From: an uncultured Thermoleophilia bacterium
GTDB lineage: Bacteria > Actinomycetota > Thermoleophilia > UBA2241
DNA length: 64,000 nt
Assembly: GCA_963702475.1 (NCBI GenBank)
Contig: CAVPCT010000004.1
Coordinates: 437,101-501,100, forward strand
Reading direction: 5' to 3'
Part shown: positions 48,329 to 58,018 of the stretch, one piece after another
Layout: the number at the start of each line of letters is the position of its first letter
Position numbering within the stretch: the stretch's first letter is position 1
Notes under the pieces: generated by a model
Seen by the model: only the letters and a program-made list of their open reading frames with translations
The model's database searches: none
Told to the model about the DNA's origin: nothing
Translations under genes and position numbers: made by a program

Positions 48329-49426
48329 TCAGGCCAGCCCTGCGGCCACCGCCGCAGCCACTTCTTTGACCTGCTCCTCGCTGAGATTGGGGTGCATGGG
48401 GATGGCGAGGTTCTCGGCCGCCGCCTTGTCTGTGGCGGGGAAGTCGCCGAGCTTGAGACCCTGGTCGGCGAAGGCCGGCTGCAGCTGCAGCGGGGTGGTG
48501 TAGTACGCCGCGCAGTCGACCTGGCGCTCCTTGCAGGCGGCGGCGATGGCGTCGCGCACGGGGTGCCGGATCACGTACAGGTGGTACACGTGCGTGAGGT
48601 CGTCCGGCACGGCCGGGCGCTCGATCTCGTCCGGGAGGTAGAGGTCGTACCACTCGGCCACCTGCACGCGCCGCGCGTTCCACTCGTCGATGACCTCGAG
48701 CTCCAGCCGCAGGATCGCGGCCTGCACTTCGTCCAGCCGCGAGTTGAAGCCGATGTCGGTGAAGGTCTTCTTGTCCTTGCTGCCGTGGAAGCGGAGCTCC
48801 CGGGCGCGGTCGACCAGCACCTTGCTCTGCGCCGTGACCAGGCCGCCGTCGCCGAAGCCGCCGAGGTTCTTGGTGGGGAAGAAGCTGAAGACGGCCATGT
48901 CGCCGAGGCTGCCCGCGCGGCGGCCCTCGTAGGTCGCACCCCAGGCCTGGCACGCGTCCTCCACCACGTGCAGGCCGCGCACGTCGGCAGCCGCCTTGAT
49001 GGCGTCTGCGTCGGCCGGCAGACCGAACAGGTCGACCGGCATGACGGCCTTGGTGCGCGACGTCACCGCGCCCTTTATGGCGGCAGGGTCCATGCACAAC
49101 GTGTCGGGCAGGATGTCCACGAACACCGGCTTGGCCCCGGCCTGGGCGATGGCCTCGGCCGTGGCGAAGAACGTGAACGGCACCGTGATGACCTCGTCGC
49201 CCGGGCCGATGCCGAGGGCCCTTAGGGCGATCGTCAGGCCGTCGGTGCCGTTGGCCACTCCGACGGCCCCGACGGTGCCCATGTAGGCGGAAGCCTCGTC
49301 TTCGAAGCCCTTCACATTGGGCCCGAGAATGACGCGACCGCTGCGCAGCACCTCGAGCACGGCCGCCTCGATGCGGTCCTGCAGTTCGGCGTACTGTCCC
49401 TTGATGTCCATGAGTCCGACGGCCAT
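48329..49426 (-). CDS. DegT/DnrJ/EryC1/StrS nucleotide-sugar aminotransferase
   Basis: ANGTDGL, GPGDEVI, EDACQAWG, SFFPTKNLGGFGDGG, GFNSRLDEVQAA. Confidence 0.93.
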   Translation of the reverse strand: MAVGLMDIKGQYAELQDRIEAAVLEVLRSGRVILGPNVKGFEDEASAYMGTVGAVGVANGTDGLTIALRALGIGPGDEVITVPFTFFATAEAIAQAGAKPVFVDILPDTLCMDPAAIKGAVTSRTKAVMPVDLFGLPADADAIKAAADVRGLHVVEDACQAWGATYEGRRAGSLGDMAVFSFFPTKNLGGFGDGGLVTAQSKVLVDRARELRFHGSKDKKTFTDIGFNSRLDEVQAAILRLELEVIDEWNARRVQVAEWYDLYLPDEIERPAVPDDLTHVYHLYVIRHPVRDAIAAACKERQVDCAAYYTTPLQLQPAFADQGLKLGDFPATDKAAAENLAIPMHPNLSEEQVKEVAAAVAAGLA

Positions 49427-49603
49427 GCGAGACGCCTCCTTGCGGCGAAAAAGTTCCTGAGGGCTTGAGGGCCGAACCTACCATAGCGCCGCGGGGACGG
49501 GCTACCGCGGGGCCCGGCAGAGGCCCGAGCTCACCGGTCGCGGGCCTCCGCGCCCGTTCGTCGGCGCTCGCGCCGCGCTCGCCTCGTGAGGTACTGTCTG
49601 GCC

Positions 49604-50251
49604 ATGCAATCCATCATCAACGACGTGGTCCTGTGGGCGACCGACCTCATCGGCGCCTGGGGCCTGCCCGCCGTCTTCGTCCTCATGCTTCTGGAGAGCG
49701 CCTGCATCCCGGTGCCCAGCGAGGCGATCATGCCGTTCGCCGGCTTCGCCGTGAGCGAGGGCACGCTCAGCTTCGTGGGCATCACCGTCGCCGGCGTGGC
49801 CGGCAACGTGGTGGGCTCCTGGATCGCCTACGCCGTGGGCTACTACGGCGGACGCCCGTTCGTGGACCGCTGGGGCAGGTGGGTGCTGTTGCGGCCGCAC
49901 CACCTGGACACAGCGCAGCGCTGGTTCGACCGCTATGGGGCGCCGGTGGTCTTCTTCTCGCGCATGATCCCCATCGTGCGCACGTTCATCTCCCTCCCGG
50001 CGGGTTTCGGCAAGATGGGCTTCTGGAAGTTCACCCTGTACACCACACTGGGCTGCATCCCCTGGGTGGCTCTGCTCGGGTACATCGGCGTCAAGCTCGG
50101 CGCCAACTGGGAAGAGATCCGCGGGCTGCTGCACTACGCCGATTACGTCGTGGCCGGCGTCCTCGTCGTCCTCGCGATCTGGGTGGGGATGCGCTGGCGC
50201 CGGCGCCGGATGACGGCCGTCCGTTCGGGCGGCGCCGAGAACGAGGAGTGA
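49604..50251 (+). CDS. DedA family membrane protein
   Basis: LESACIPVPSEAIMPFAG, RMIPIVRTFISLPAG. Confidence 0.92.
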   Translation: MQSIINDVVLWATDLIGAWGLPAVFVLMLLESACIPVPSEAIMPFAGFAVSEGTLSFVGITVAGVAGNVVGSWIAYAVGYYGGRPFVDRWGRWVLLRPHHLDTAQRWFDRYGAPVVFFSRMIPIVRTFISLPAGFGKMGFWKFTLYTTLGCIPWVALLGYIGVKLGANWEEIRGLLHYADYVVAGVLVVLAIWVGMRWRRRRMTAVRSGGAENEE

Positions 50252-50252
50252 C

Positions 50253-51188
50253 ATGGGCGCCGGCTTGGGTGACGGGTCGGCGCCGCTGTCGTGCCGCGTG
50301 CGTGTGCCGGCGACCACGGCCAACCTGGGCCCTGGGTTCGACTGTCTCGGCATGGCCCTCGACCTGTGGAACGAGGTCAGCTTCTCCGTCGAGGGCGGGG
50401 GCGTGGTCGCCACCGCCACCGGGCCGGGGGCCGACCGCCTGCCCGGTGACGCCTCCAATCTCATAGCGCGTGCGTTCCTGCGGCTGTGCGAGGAGGCCGG
50501 ACGCGCAGCGCCCGCCGGCCTCCGCATCCACAGCGAGCTGCGCGTGCCGCCCTCGTCCGGCCTCGGGTCCAGTGCCGCCGCCGTCACCGCCGGACTGCTC
50601 GGCGCCAACACGCTCCTGGGACACCCGTTCGAACGGGCCCGGATGCTGGAGATCGCCGCCGACATCGAGGGCCACCCCGACAATGTGGCCGCCACCATCC
50701 TCGGCGGCCTCACCATCGTGGTGCGGCGCGGCGAGCGGCTCCTGACCAAGAAGATCCTCGTGCCGGAGGTGCACGTGGCCCTGGTCGTGCCGGAGCTGCC
50801 CTTCAGCACCAAGGCGGCGCGCGCCGGCCTGCCCCAGGAGGTCTCCATGCAGGACGCCGTGTTCAACATGGGGCGCATCCCGCTGGTGGTGGAGGCGCTG
50901 CGCACCGGCGACCTGGAGCTGCTGCACGACGTCATGGAGGACCGGCTGCATCAGGCCGCCCGCCTCAAGCTCATCCCGGGCGGCCCAGTCGCCTGGGTGG
51001 CGGCGCAGAGGGCCGGGGCCGCGGCCGTGGCCGTCTCCGGATCCGGCCCCAGCCTCATCGCCTTCGTCGGGCTGAGCACCGACGCGCTCCGTGTGGCGCG
51101 CGCCATGTCCGAGGCGTTCGCCGACGAGGGCGTCACGGCGCGTCCGCTGGGCGTCACGGCGTCGGCCGCCGGCGCCACCGTCGTCTGA
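50253..51188 (+). CDS. thrB: Homoserine kinase
   Basis: VPATTANLGPGFD, PSSGLGSSAAA, EGHPDN, DRLHQ, SGSGPS. Confidence 0.93.
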   Translation: MGAGLGDGSAPLSCRVRVPATTANLGPGFDCLGMALDLWNEVSFSVEGGGVVATATGPGADRLPGDASNLIARAFLRLCEEAGRAAPAGLRIHSELRVPPSSGLGSSAAAVTAGLLGANTLLGHPFERARMLEIAADIEGHPDNVAATILGGLTIVVRRGERLLTKKILVPEVHVALVVPELPFSTKAARAGLPQEVSMQDAVFNMGRIPLVVEALRTGDLELLHDVMEDRLHQAARLKLIPGGPVAWVAAQRAGAAAVAVSGSGPSLIAFVGLSTDALRVARAMSEAFADEGVTARPLGVTASAAGATVV

Positions 51189-51321
51189 TGAGCCGCGTGG
51201 CCCGACGCGGCCCGCGCCGGCCGAGCAGCCCTCGCGTTCCTCGTGGCCGGCGCTCTGCGCTTCTCCCGGCCCGCCCCACCAACAGGGTCGCCGGTCGGCC
51301 CTCACCGGGTATAGTCACGGC

Positions 51322-51744
51322 ATGATGAACGCAGGCTACGAGCTGGTCGACCACACCGCCGACATCGGCGTGCACGCCTGGGGGCACACACGCGAGGAGG
51401 TGTTCGAGCTCGCCGCCGAAGGCATGTTCTCGCTGATCTGCGACCCCATGACGATCGCCACCACACAGACCGTCTACGTGGAGGTCGACGCCCCGCAGCC
51501 CGACCTGCTCCTCGCCGCCTGGCTCAACGAGCTGCTCTTCCGCTTCGAGGCCACCCGCGTGCTGTTCGAGGCCTTCGAGGTCACGGAGCTCAGCGACACT
51601 CGCGTCAGGGCACGCGTCAGAGGCGAGCCGCTCGATCCCGCCAGGCACGCCATCTGTGGCGGAGTCAAGGCCGCCACCCTCCACCAGCTCTCCCTCCGGC
51701 CGTCGGACGGGGGCTGGGACGGCTTCGTCCTGCTGGACGTCTGA
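51322..51744 (+). CDS. Archease
   Basis: YELVDHTADIG, WLNELLF, VKAATLH, LLDV C-terminus. Confidence 0.92.
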   Translation: MMNAGYELVDHTADIGVHAWGHTREEVFELAAEGMFSLICDPMTIATTQTVYVEVDAPQPDLLLAAWLNELLFRFEATRVLFEAFEVTELSDTRVRARVRGEPLDPARHAICGGVKAATLHQLSLRPSDGGWDGFVLLDV

Positions 51745-51751
51745 GGCCCCC

Positions 51752-53185
51752 ATGCGCGTCACGCGCACGGGCCGGCACACGTACGAGATCGCCCGGGAGG
51801 GCGCCATGCGTGTGCCCGGGCGCGTGTATGCCGACGAGAGCCTCTTCGCGCAGGCGGGGCACGAAGAGGCGCTCCAGCAGGTGGCCAACGTCGCGACGCT
51901 CCCGGGAGTGCTCATCGCCAGCATCGCCATGCCCGACATCCACTGGGGCTACGGCTTTCCCATCGGCGGCGTGGCGGCGATGGACGAGCGCGACGGCGTG
52001 GTGTCGCCGGGCGGCGTGGGCTTCGACATCAACTGCGGGGTGCGTCTGGTGCGCACCGGGCTCGGCGTCGAGGAGGTGCGGCCCAGGCTCGAGGCGCTCA
52101 TGCACGAGCTGATGCGGCGCGTGCCCCAGGGCAGCGGGCCGCACGGCGCGCTGGAGCTCGGCGAGCGGGACCTCGTCAAGCTCGCCGAGCAGGGCGCGCC
52201 GTTTCTCGTACAGCGCGGCTTCGCCACCGACGACGACCTCGCGCACATCGAGGAGGGCGGCGCCATGAAGGGCGCCGACATGGCGGCCGTGAGCGCCAAG
52301 GCTGTGGCGCGGGGACGCTCGCAGGTCGGCAGCCTGGGCGCCGGCAACCACTTCCTCGAGGTGCAGGTGGTGGACGAGGTCCTCGATGAGCAGGCGGCGA
52401 GGGCCTTCGGCGTCGCCCCCGGCCAGGTCACGGTGATGATCCACTCGGGCTCGCGTGGCTTCGGTCACCAGGTGTGCACCGACTACCTGGCGCGGATGGC
52501 GCAGGCGGCGGCGCAGGCCGGCATCGAGCTGCCCGACAGGCAGCTCGCCTGTGCGCCGCTCGGTTCCGCTGCCGCCCGCGAGTACCTGGCGGCCATGGCG
52601 TGCGCCTGCAACTTCGCCTTCGCCAACCGCCAGATGATGCTGCACGAGCTGCGCGGCGCCTTCGAGCGAGTGTTCCGCTCGAGCTGGGAGCGCCTCGACG
52701 TGCGGCTCGTCTACGACGTGGCGCACAACATCGCCAAGCGCGAGGTGCACCAGGTGGACGGTCGTGACCGGCCGGTGTGGGTGCACCGCAAGGGGGCGAC
52801 CCGCGCCTTCGGCCCCGGTCGCCCGGACGTGCCGGCCGACTACCGCGCCGTGGGGCAGCCGGTCATCATCCCCGGCAGCATGGGCACCGAGAGCTGGCTG
52901 CTGGCCGGCACCGACGAGGCCATGCGCCGGACCTGGGGCTCCACCTGCCACGGCGCCGGGCGCTCACTCTCGCGGCACGCCGCGAAGAAGGTGAAGAGCG
53001 GCGCCGACGTGCGCCGCGAGCTCGAGGGCCGTGGCATCGTCGTCAAAGCCGGGAGCATCGCGTCGCTGGCGGAGGAGGCGCCTTACGCGTACAAGGACGT
53101 GGCCGCCGTCGTCGACGTCGTACACGACGCCGGCCTCAGCCGCAAAGTGGCGCGCCTCAGGCCACTCGGCGTGCTCAAGGGGTGA
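51752..53185 (+). CDS. rtcB: RNA ligase RtcB (archaeal/eukaryal-type)
   Basis: MPDIHWGYGFPIGG, FDINCG, GNHFLE, HSGSRG, AHN, HRKGAT, PGSMG, STCHGAGR, EEAPYAYK. Confidence 0.95.
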   Translation: MRVTRTGRHTYEIAREGAMRVPGRVYADESLFAQAGHEEALQQVANVATLPGVLIASIAMPDIHWGYGFPIGGVAAMDERDGVVSPGGVGFDINCGVRLVRTGLGVEEVRPRLEALMHELMRRVPQGSGPHGALELGERDLVKLAEQGAPFLVQRGFATDDDLAHIEEGGAMKGADMAAVSAKAVARGRSQVGSLGAGNHFLEVQVVDEVLDEQAARAFGVAPGQVTVMIHSGSRGFGHQVCTDYLARMAQAAAQAGIELPDRQLACAPLGSAAAREYLAAMACACNFAFANRQMMLHELRGAFERVFRSSWERLDVRLVYDVAHNIAKREVHQVDGRDRPVWVHRKGATRAFGPGRPDVPADYRAVGQPVIIPGSMGTESWLLAGTDEAMRRTWGSTCHGAGRSLSRHAAKKVKSGADVRRELEGRGIVVKAGSIASLAEEAPYAYKDVAAVVDVVHDAGLSRKVARLRPLGVLKG

Positions 53186-53225
53186 ACGGTCCCGAACGGC
53201 GCCGCGCGGCCTGTTGCCGCCGCGG

Positions 53226-53519
53226 TCAGCCCTGGTCGCCCAAGCGGTGCGCCTCTTCTTTGACGGTGTCCACGATGGCCCGGTAGACCTTCTGCAAGGC
53301 CTCGGGGCTCAGCGGTCCGCCGTTGGCCTCGTCCAGAAACGCGACCATCTTCGCCTCGCGCTCGGGGTCGAACACCTCCACGCCGTGTTCGGCCTTGTAG
53401 CGCCAGAGCCGGTCCACCACCGCGAGTCGCTCGTTGACGAGCTCGACCAGCCTCAGGTCGATCTGCGAGATCTGGTCGCGGAAGTCAGTGATGACGGGGT
53501 CGTCGCCGGGGTTGCTCAA
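53226..53519 (-). CDS. Chorismate mutase (AroQ type II)
   Basis: RDQISQID..LVELVNER, K, DPERE, NGGPL. Confidence 0.8.
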   Translation of the reverse strand: MSNPGDDPVITDFRDQISQIDLRLVELVNERLAVVDRLWRYKAEHGVEVFDPEREAKMVAFLDEANGGPLSPEALQKVYRAIVDTVKEEAHRLGDQG

Positions 53520-53611
53520 GACATGTTCTCCGTTCCGATGGGAGGGGGCGGCGGTGACGGGCTGCGTCTGCCGCCGGGGCTCCGGTGCGGCAGGCGCGAT
53601 GTGAGCCCCGG

Positions 53612-54226
53612 CTAGTTGCCGCGGTCCTCGTCGTCGTCTTCGTCCTCGTCGTCGAGGTCCTCGTCGTCGTCTTCGTCCTCGTCGCCCGGATCCTCGTCAC
53701 TGCGGTCTGCCTCGGCGATCTCGTTGGGCGTACCCTCGGCGCTGAGAAAGTCATCGGGTGAGACCGTCTCAAGGAAGTCGCGGAAGCTGTCCACGATCTC
53801 CTCGGTGTCGTCCACCTCGCGCTCGAACTCGATGGCGTTGTCCTCGATGAGGGCGGTGGAGGCGAAGATGGGGGCATCGGTGCGCACGGCCAGGGCCAGC
53901 GCATCGCTCGGACGCGAGTCGATCTCGATGAGCTCCCCCTCGCGGTCGAGGGTGAGCGTCGCGTAGAAGGTGCTGTCCTTGAGCTCGGTGACGGTGATGC
54001 GCGCCACGTCGGCGTGGAAGCGCCCGAGCACGCTGGCCAGCAGATCGTGCGTCATCGGCCGCGGCAGCTTGGTGCCCTGCAGCTTGATGAGGATCGCGGC
54101 GGCCTCGGGGTGGCCGATCCAGATGGGCAGGAAGCGGTTACCCTCCATCGTCTTGAGCAGCACGATGGGCTGTTTGCCGATGACGTCGAAACTGACGCCG
54201 TAGATGACCATCTCCTGGACGTCCAT
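53612..54226 (-). CDS. Bifunctional nuclease family protein (DUF151) with acidic tail
   Basis: QPIVLL, LPIWIGHPEA, RPMTHDL, IDSRPSDALALA. Confidence 0.92.
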   Translation of the reverse strand: MDVQEMVIYGVSFDVIGKQPIVLLKTMEGNRFLPIWIGHPEAAAILIKLQGTKLPRPMTHDLLASVLGRFHADVARITVTELKDSTFYATLTLDREGELIEIDSRPSDALALAVRTDAPIFASTALIEDNAIEFEREVDDTEEIVDSFRDFLETVSPDDFLSAEGTPNEIAEADRSDEDPGDEDEDDDEDLDDEDEDDDEDRGN

Positions 54227-54402
54227 GATGGCCTGAGTATACGGCAAGGGCGTCCGGGCTCGCACAGCGGCCGGCGCCGATGGCCGAGAGGCTCTCACTC
54301 CGCCGAGGCGCGGCGACAACGGCGTATGATGGGGCCTCGGCTCGTGCGTGTCGACGCGGTCGCAGGGCCGCGGGCCGCACCCGCGTCGGTGGAGGAGGGG
54401 CC

Positions 54403-55668
54403 ATGGCGCGCACAGGCAGGACTGTCGGATGGCGGCGTCGGAGAGGCGCATGCATCGCCGCGGTCTGCGCCGCGGTCCTGCTCAGTCTCGCGCTCGCGGC
54501 TCCCGCTGTGGCGCGCGTCGGCCGCGTCGGCCCGGATCGCCCGGCGGCATCCTGGACCCCGGGCAAGACGGTCGACCGGCTGCTCGAGAGCGCCTGGGTC
54601 AGGCACGGTATCTGGGACGCCCAGCCGGCGGGCGCGCTCACCTACACCATGACCGAGGTCACACCCGAGATGACCATGACCGCGACCGACGCCGACGGTG
54701 CAACCGTCTGGTCGGTCGAGGCCGGCGACGTGTCGGCCGCCACGGGCACACTGCCGGCCGCCTTGGTCGCCGTGTACGCGGACCCCGACCCGAACGTCCT
54801 GCGCTCCGGGGAGCTGCGCGCCTACGATGCCGACGGCACAGTCCGCTTCCGCAGGACGTTCACGAACAGGTTCGTCGCGCCGCTGTGCGACACGCCGACG
54901 CGCCTGGTCTGGGCTGAGGTGTCGGCCCGGCGAGTGACGCGAGTGTTCGTGCGGCAGGGCTCCAGGACACGTTCCGTCGCGCTCCCGTACCGCCCGCCGA
55001 GGGCAAGCTTCATCAACCCGGCCGCGTCGTCCGCTGACGGCGCTCGCCTCGCGGTCGGCATCTTCATGCCAAAGCCGGACAGATGGCGCACCGTGATGTA
55101 CTGGCTGCGCGTGAGCCGTTCCGGCGTGCCGAGCATCGTCTCTCACGGGACCACGGACTGGCCCTTCCTCGCTCTGAGCCCCGACGGCAGCCACGCGGCC
55201 GTGATGAGCGAGCGCAACCCGCCGCAGGCCAGTCGCAACCTGTGGGTGCCCTTCGGGAAGTTCGGCGGTCGCCTGCTGCCCGGCGAGAGCCCCGCCGAGC
55301 TCGACGTCGCCCCGCAGCGCATCTTCGGCCAGGGCGGCTACACGTATCAGAGCGAGGCGACCGCGTGGGGAGCCTCCGGGGTCTGGGTGGTCGACTGGTC
55401 GATGCAGTACATGTACCAGCGCGCCTGGGTGTGGGACGACGCCTCCAGCTCCATCTGGTTCCGTCATGACCCGGGCATCTCCTACCTCGCCGGGGTGGAC
55501 AGCAGCGGTGGGCTCACGGTCATCAACGTTGACACGTATGCGGTCGCGACCGTGCCCGGCACCTTCGCCGACGCCGTGCCCATCGACGGTGGCACGATGG
55601 CGGTCATGACGACGGGCGGTGTGCTGAGCTTCATCGCCAACCCTGTGGCCGCGCCTCAGGGAGAGTGA
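54403..55668 (+). CDS. Secreted hypothetical protein, possibly beta-propeller-like
   Basis: GGAGGAGG RBS, Arg-rich signal peptide, SADG/SPDG turns. Confidence 0.7.
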   Translation: MARTGRTVGWRRRRGACIAAVCAAVLLSLALAAPAVARVGRVGPDRPAASWTPGKTVDRLLESAWVRHGIWDAQPAGALTYTMTEVTPEMTMTATDADGATVWSVEAGDVSAATGTLPAALVAVYADPDPNVLRSGELRAYDADGTVRFRRTFTNRFVAPLCDTPTRLVWAEVSARRVTRVFVRQGSRTRSVALPYRPPRASFINPAASSADGARLAVGIFMPKPDRWRTVMYWLRVSRSGVPSIVSHGTTDWPFLALSPDGSHAAVMSERNPPQASRNLWVPFGKFGGRLLPGESPAELDVAPQRIFGQGGYTYQSEATAWGASGVWVVDWSMQYMYQRAWVWDDASSSIWFRHDPGISYLAGVDSSGGLTVINVDTYAVATVPGTFADAVPIDGGTMAVMTTGGVLSFIANPVAAPQGE

Positions 55669-55699
55669 CTCGCTGGGCGTTGAAGCGTTTCCGCGGAGG

Positions 55700-56143
55700 C
55701 TACTCGAGCGGGCCGCCCAGCGTGGCGAAGCCTTCGTGCCCGGCGGCCTCCAGCAGTCGGCGGTCGAACGCCGCGAACACCACCGGGTCATCCGGCGTGG
55801 CATCGGCCAGGGCTGCCCGAAGCACCACGGCCGCGGCGAGCTGCACGGCATCCATGCCGCGGAGCCTGTGGACGAGAGCCAGCTGACCCGCACGTCGTTC
55901 CGCCACGGGAATCGTCACCGTGCGACGCCAGCGCTCGTCAAGCTCGCCGACCCAAGCGCTGAGCCGGCGGGCGTCCGATCCCTCCAGGCGATCGCGCCGC
56001 CCGACGGCGGCGCAGGCTTCGGCGTAGGTAACGACGCTGGAGAAGGCGACGCGCGCTGTGTCGAACCATGCACGCGCGTCGGCGTCTCCGGATTCGCGGA
56101 CCACCAGCTTCACGAAAGCGCTCGTGTCGAGATAGACGATCAC
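55700..56143 (-). CDS. vapC: VapC/PIN toxin
   Basis: IVYLDTSAFVKL, E, LRGMDAVQLAAA, FDRRL; overlaps the antitoxin stop. Confidence 0.88.
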   Translation of the reverse strand: MIVYLDTSAFVKLVVRESGDADARAWFDTARVAFSSVVTYAEACAAVGRRDRLEGSDARRLSAWVGELDERWRRTVTIPVAERRAGQLALVHRLRGMDAVQLAAAVVLRAALADATPDDPVVFAAFDRRLLEAAGHEGFATLGGPLE

Positions 56144-56436
56144 GTCGGCTCGACGTCCGGATCGTCCCAATACGGCCCGCGGTCTTCCAGCACTATGTCC
56201 GAGAGCATGCGGCCCGTGTTGACGGGCAGGTTCTCGGGTACGACCATCTCCTCGCCGCTCCACTCCGCCTCGCCGGCCTCGACCATCCGCCATATTGCCG
56301 CCCTGAGAGGGTCGGCCGGCACGAGGTCTGCTACCTCCTTGCCGCGGATGGTGATGTGGAGGCGCTCGCCCATCTGTACACGGCGAACGTACTCGGCCAG
56401 ATGCGCCTTGAGTTCCGTGATGCTCACGGACGCCAT
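56140..56436 (-). CDS. Phd/YefM-family antitoxin
   Basis: VSITELKAHLAEYVRRVQMGERLHITIRGKEVADLVP. Confidence 0.88.
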   Translation of the reverse strand: MASVSITELKAHLAEYVRRVQMGERLHITIRGKEVADLVPADPLRAAIWRMVEAGEAEWSGEEMVVPENLPVNTGRMLSDIVLEDRGPYWDDPDVEPT

Positions 56437-56467
56437 GATGGGCCTCTCTTGTCGGCACTACAAGTCA

Positions 56468-56515
56468 TTACAATCAATGTAAACAGGTCATAACGATGTA
56501 GCAAGAAGTGACCTG
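56468..56515. promoter_or_regulatory. AT-rich inverted repeats upstream of the TA operon (probable autoregulatory operator)
   Basis: TTACA-N5-TGTAA (56468-56482) and CAGGTCA...TGACCTG (56484-56515). Confidence 0.45.
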
Positions 56516-56576
56516 CTTGTCGCCAATGGGGAGAGTCCGCCGAGGGTGCCGCCCGTGACGTAGCGCATCACCTCGG

Positions 56577-56605
56577 TTGACGCTACGTGCCCTCGCTCAT
56601 ACACT
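56577..56605 (+). promoter_or_regulatory. Sigma70-type promoter of tRNA-Ile
   Basis: TTGACG-N17-TACACT, 13 nt before the tRNA. Confidence 0.7.
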
Positions 56606-56618
56606 CCAAGGCCCCTGT

Positions 56619-56695
<77 letters not shown>

Positions 56696-57216
56696 GTTTC
56701 TGCAGGTGTTTTCTCCTCCCGTTCCCTCCCCGCTCCGGTCGATTGTTGCCGAACTGTTGCCGAGGCCCATCTCGCTTGAGCCTGGCAGGCCTTCCGTCTG
56801 GGGCGTTCGTCACACTGGCAAGTACTTCGCCTTCAAGGTCGATGACGTCGACAAGCGCCAGGCCGCGGGCGAGATTCTGACCAAGGGCGCGCCGGCACGG
56901 GCTCGTGATGACGGGCGAGCCGCGGCAGCCCGGCTACCGGGTCGAGGACTGGCTCTGGGAGGCGCGGAGGGTGAGGAGTACTGTGCGGGAAGGAGTAGTG
57001 GGCCGGCGGCGGGCATGAGACAGCCTGACGACCGCCGGCCGAGCGAAGGCCGTGGCCGGCCTCGACGAGGTCACGCCGGCGGCGCTTATGCGCGCCGAGG
57101 AGAAGGGCCTCGAGAACGCACGACCGCTCCGCGACAACGTCGTTTCGCTCGCCAGCCGCCGCCGCTAAGGCTGGCTAGGTCCAAGGCTAGTTGTCGGGCC
57201 CCGGCAACTCGATACG

Positions 57217-57759
57217 TCAGATTCCCGGGCTGTGCAGCGTGCTGGCGCCGAGCATGGCGACCGTCAGGCCGGCCGTGGCGAGGGTCTCCCGTGCGGGGAA
57301 ACGGCGCCCGGGAAGGCGGCTGCGGACGTAGCGTGCCAGGGCGGACCGCTGCAGGACAGCGCGCCACACCAGAAGGCAGACGCAGAGCACGCCCGGGGCG
57401 GCGTGCGGGAGCGCCCACTCGCGGCCGGCGGCGTGGTCGAGGAGGCCCGTGACGGGGAGCGCCAGGCCCAGGAGTGCGGCTGTGCAGACAATCAGCGCCT
57501 GCCGGTCGCGGTCCCCCGCGAGAACCTGCCTGAAGCGCCGGCCTAGGGGACGCCGGTTCAGGATGATGTGCCAGGCGCAGAACAGGATGCACAGGACGCC
57601 GACCACCACGTGCGGAAGTGCCCACTCCCGGCCTGCGGCGTGGTCGAGCAGGCCAGTGATGGGCAGCGACACGCCGGAGAAGGTAGCGCCGAGGACGGCG
57701 ATCGCTCGCCGGTTCCAGTGCGTTCCCCACCTGGAGATCATCGATTGGGCTTCTCCCAT
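57217..57759 (-). CDS. Membrane protein with internal duplication and conserved His (DUF4405-like)
   Basis: LP(I/V)TGLLDHAAGREWALPH..GVLC occurs twice. Confidence 0.6.
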   Translation of the reverse strand: MGEAQSMISRWGTHWNRRAIAVLGATFSGVSLPITGLLDHAAGREWALPHVVVGVLCILFCAWHIILNRRPLGRRFRQVLAGDRDRQALIVCTAALLGLALPVTGLLDHAAGREWALPHAAPGVLCVCLLVWRAVLQRSALARYVRSRLPGRRFPARETLATAGLTVAMLGASTLHSPGI

Positions 57760-57922
57760 GCCGGTATCGTTCGCCGGGGTGGCTCCGAATGTCAACGAGA
57801 CGCCGAGTGTCGCAGACGGCCGGCGGCTTGCGGCAAGTCTCTCTCGTCCCCTCTCGGGCGGCTTCGGCCGCAGGTTTCCTGCGAATCCAGCGGACGGACG
57901 GCCGTCAGGCTCAGCCGCTTGG

Positions 57923-57958
57923 TGAGAGCATTCTCATCCGTGCCTCACGGTCTCCTCA
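57923..57958. promoter_or_regulatory. Operator-like motif, copy 1 (TGAGA-N4-TCTCA plus 11-bp-period YCTCA repeats)
   Basis: TGAGA GCAT TCTCA, then CCTCA at +11 and +22; upstream of the kinase. Confidence 0.6.
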
Positions 57959-58018
57959 TGCTGGTGGCCGATGGTCGTTTTCGTACCCTGTAACTTCCGC
58001 AGTCGAGGCGACAAGGCC

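Noticed and set aside
53612-53700. Repeat in the acidic tail of the DUF151 gene
   Set aside because: Simple low-complexity D/E expansion with no further signal.
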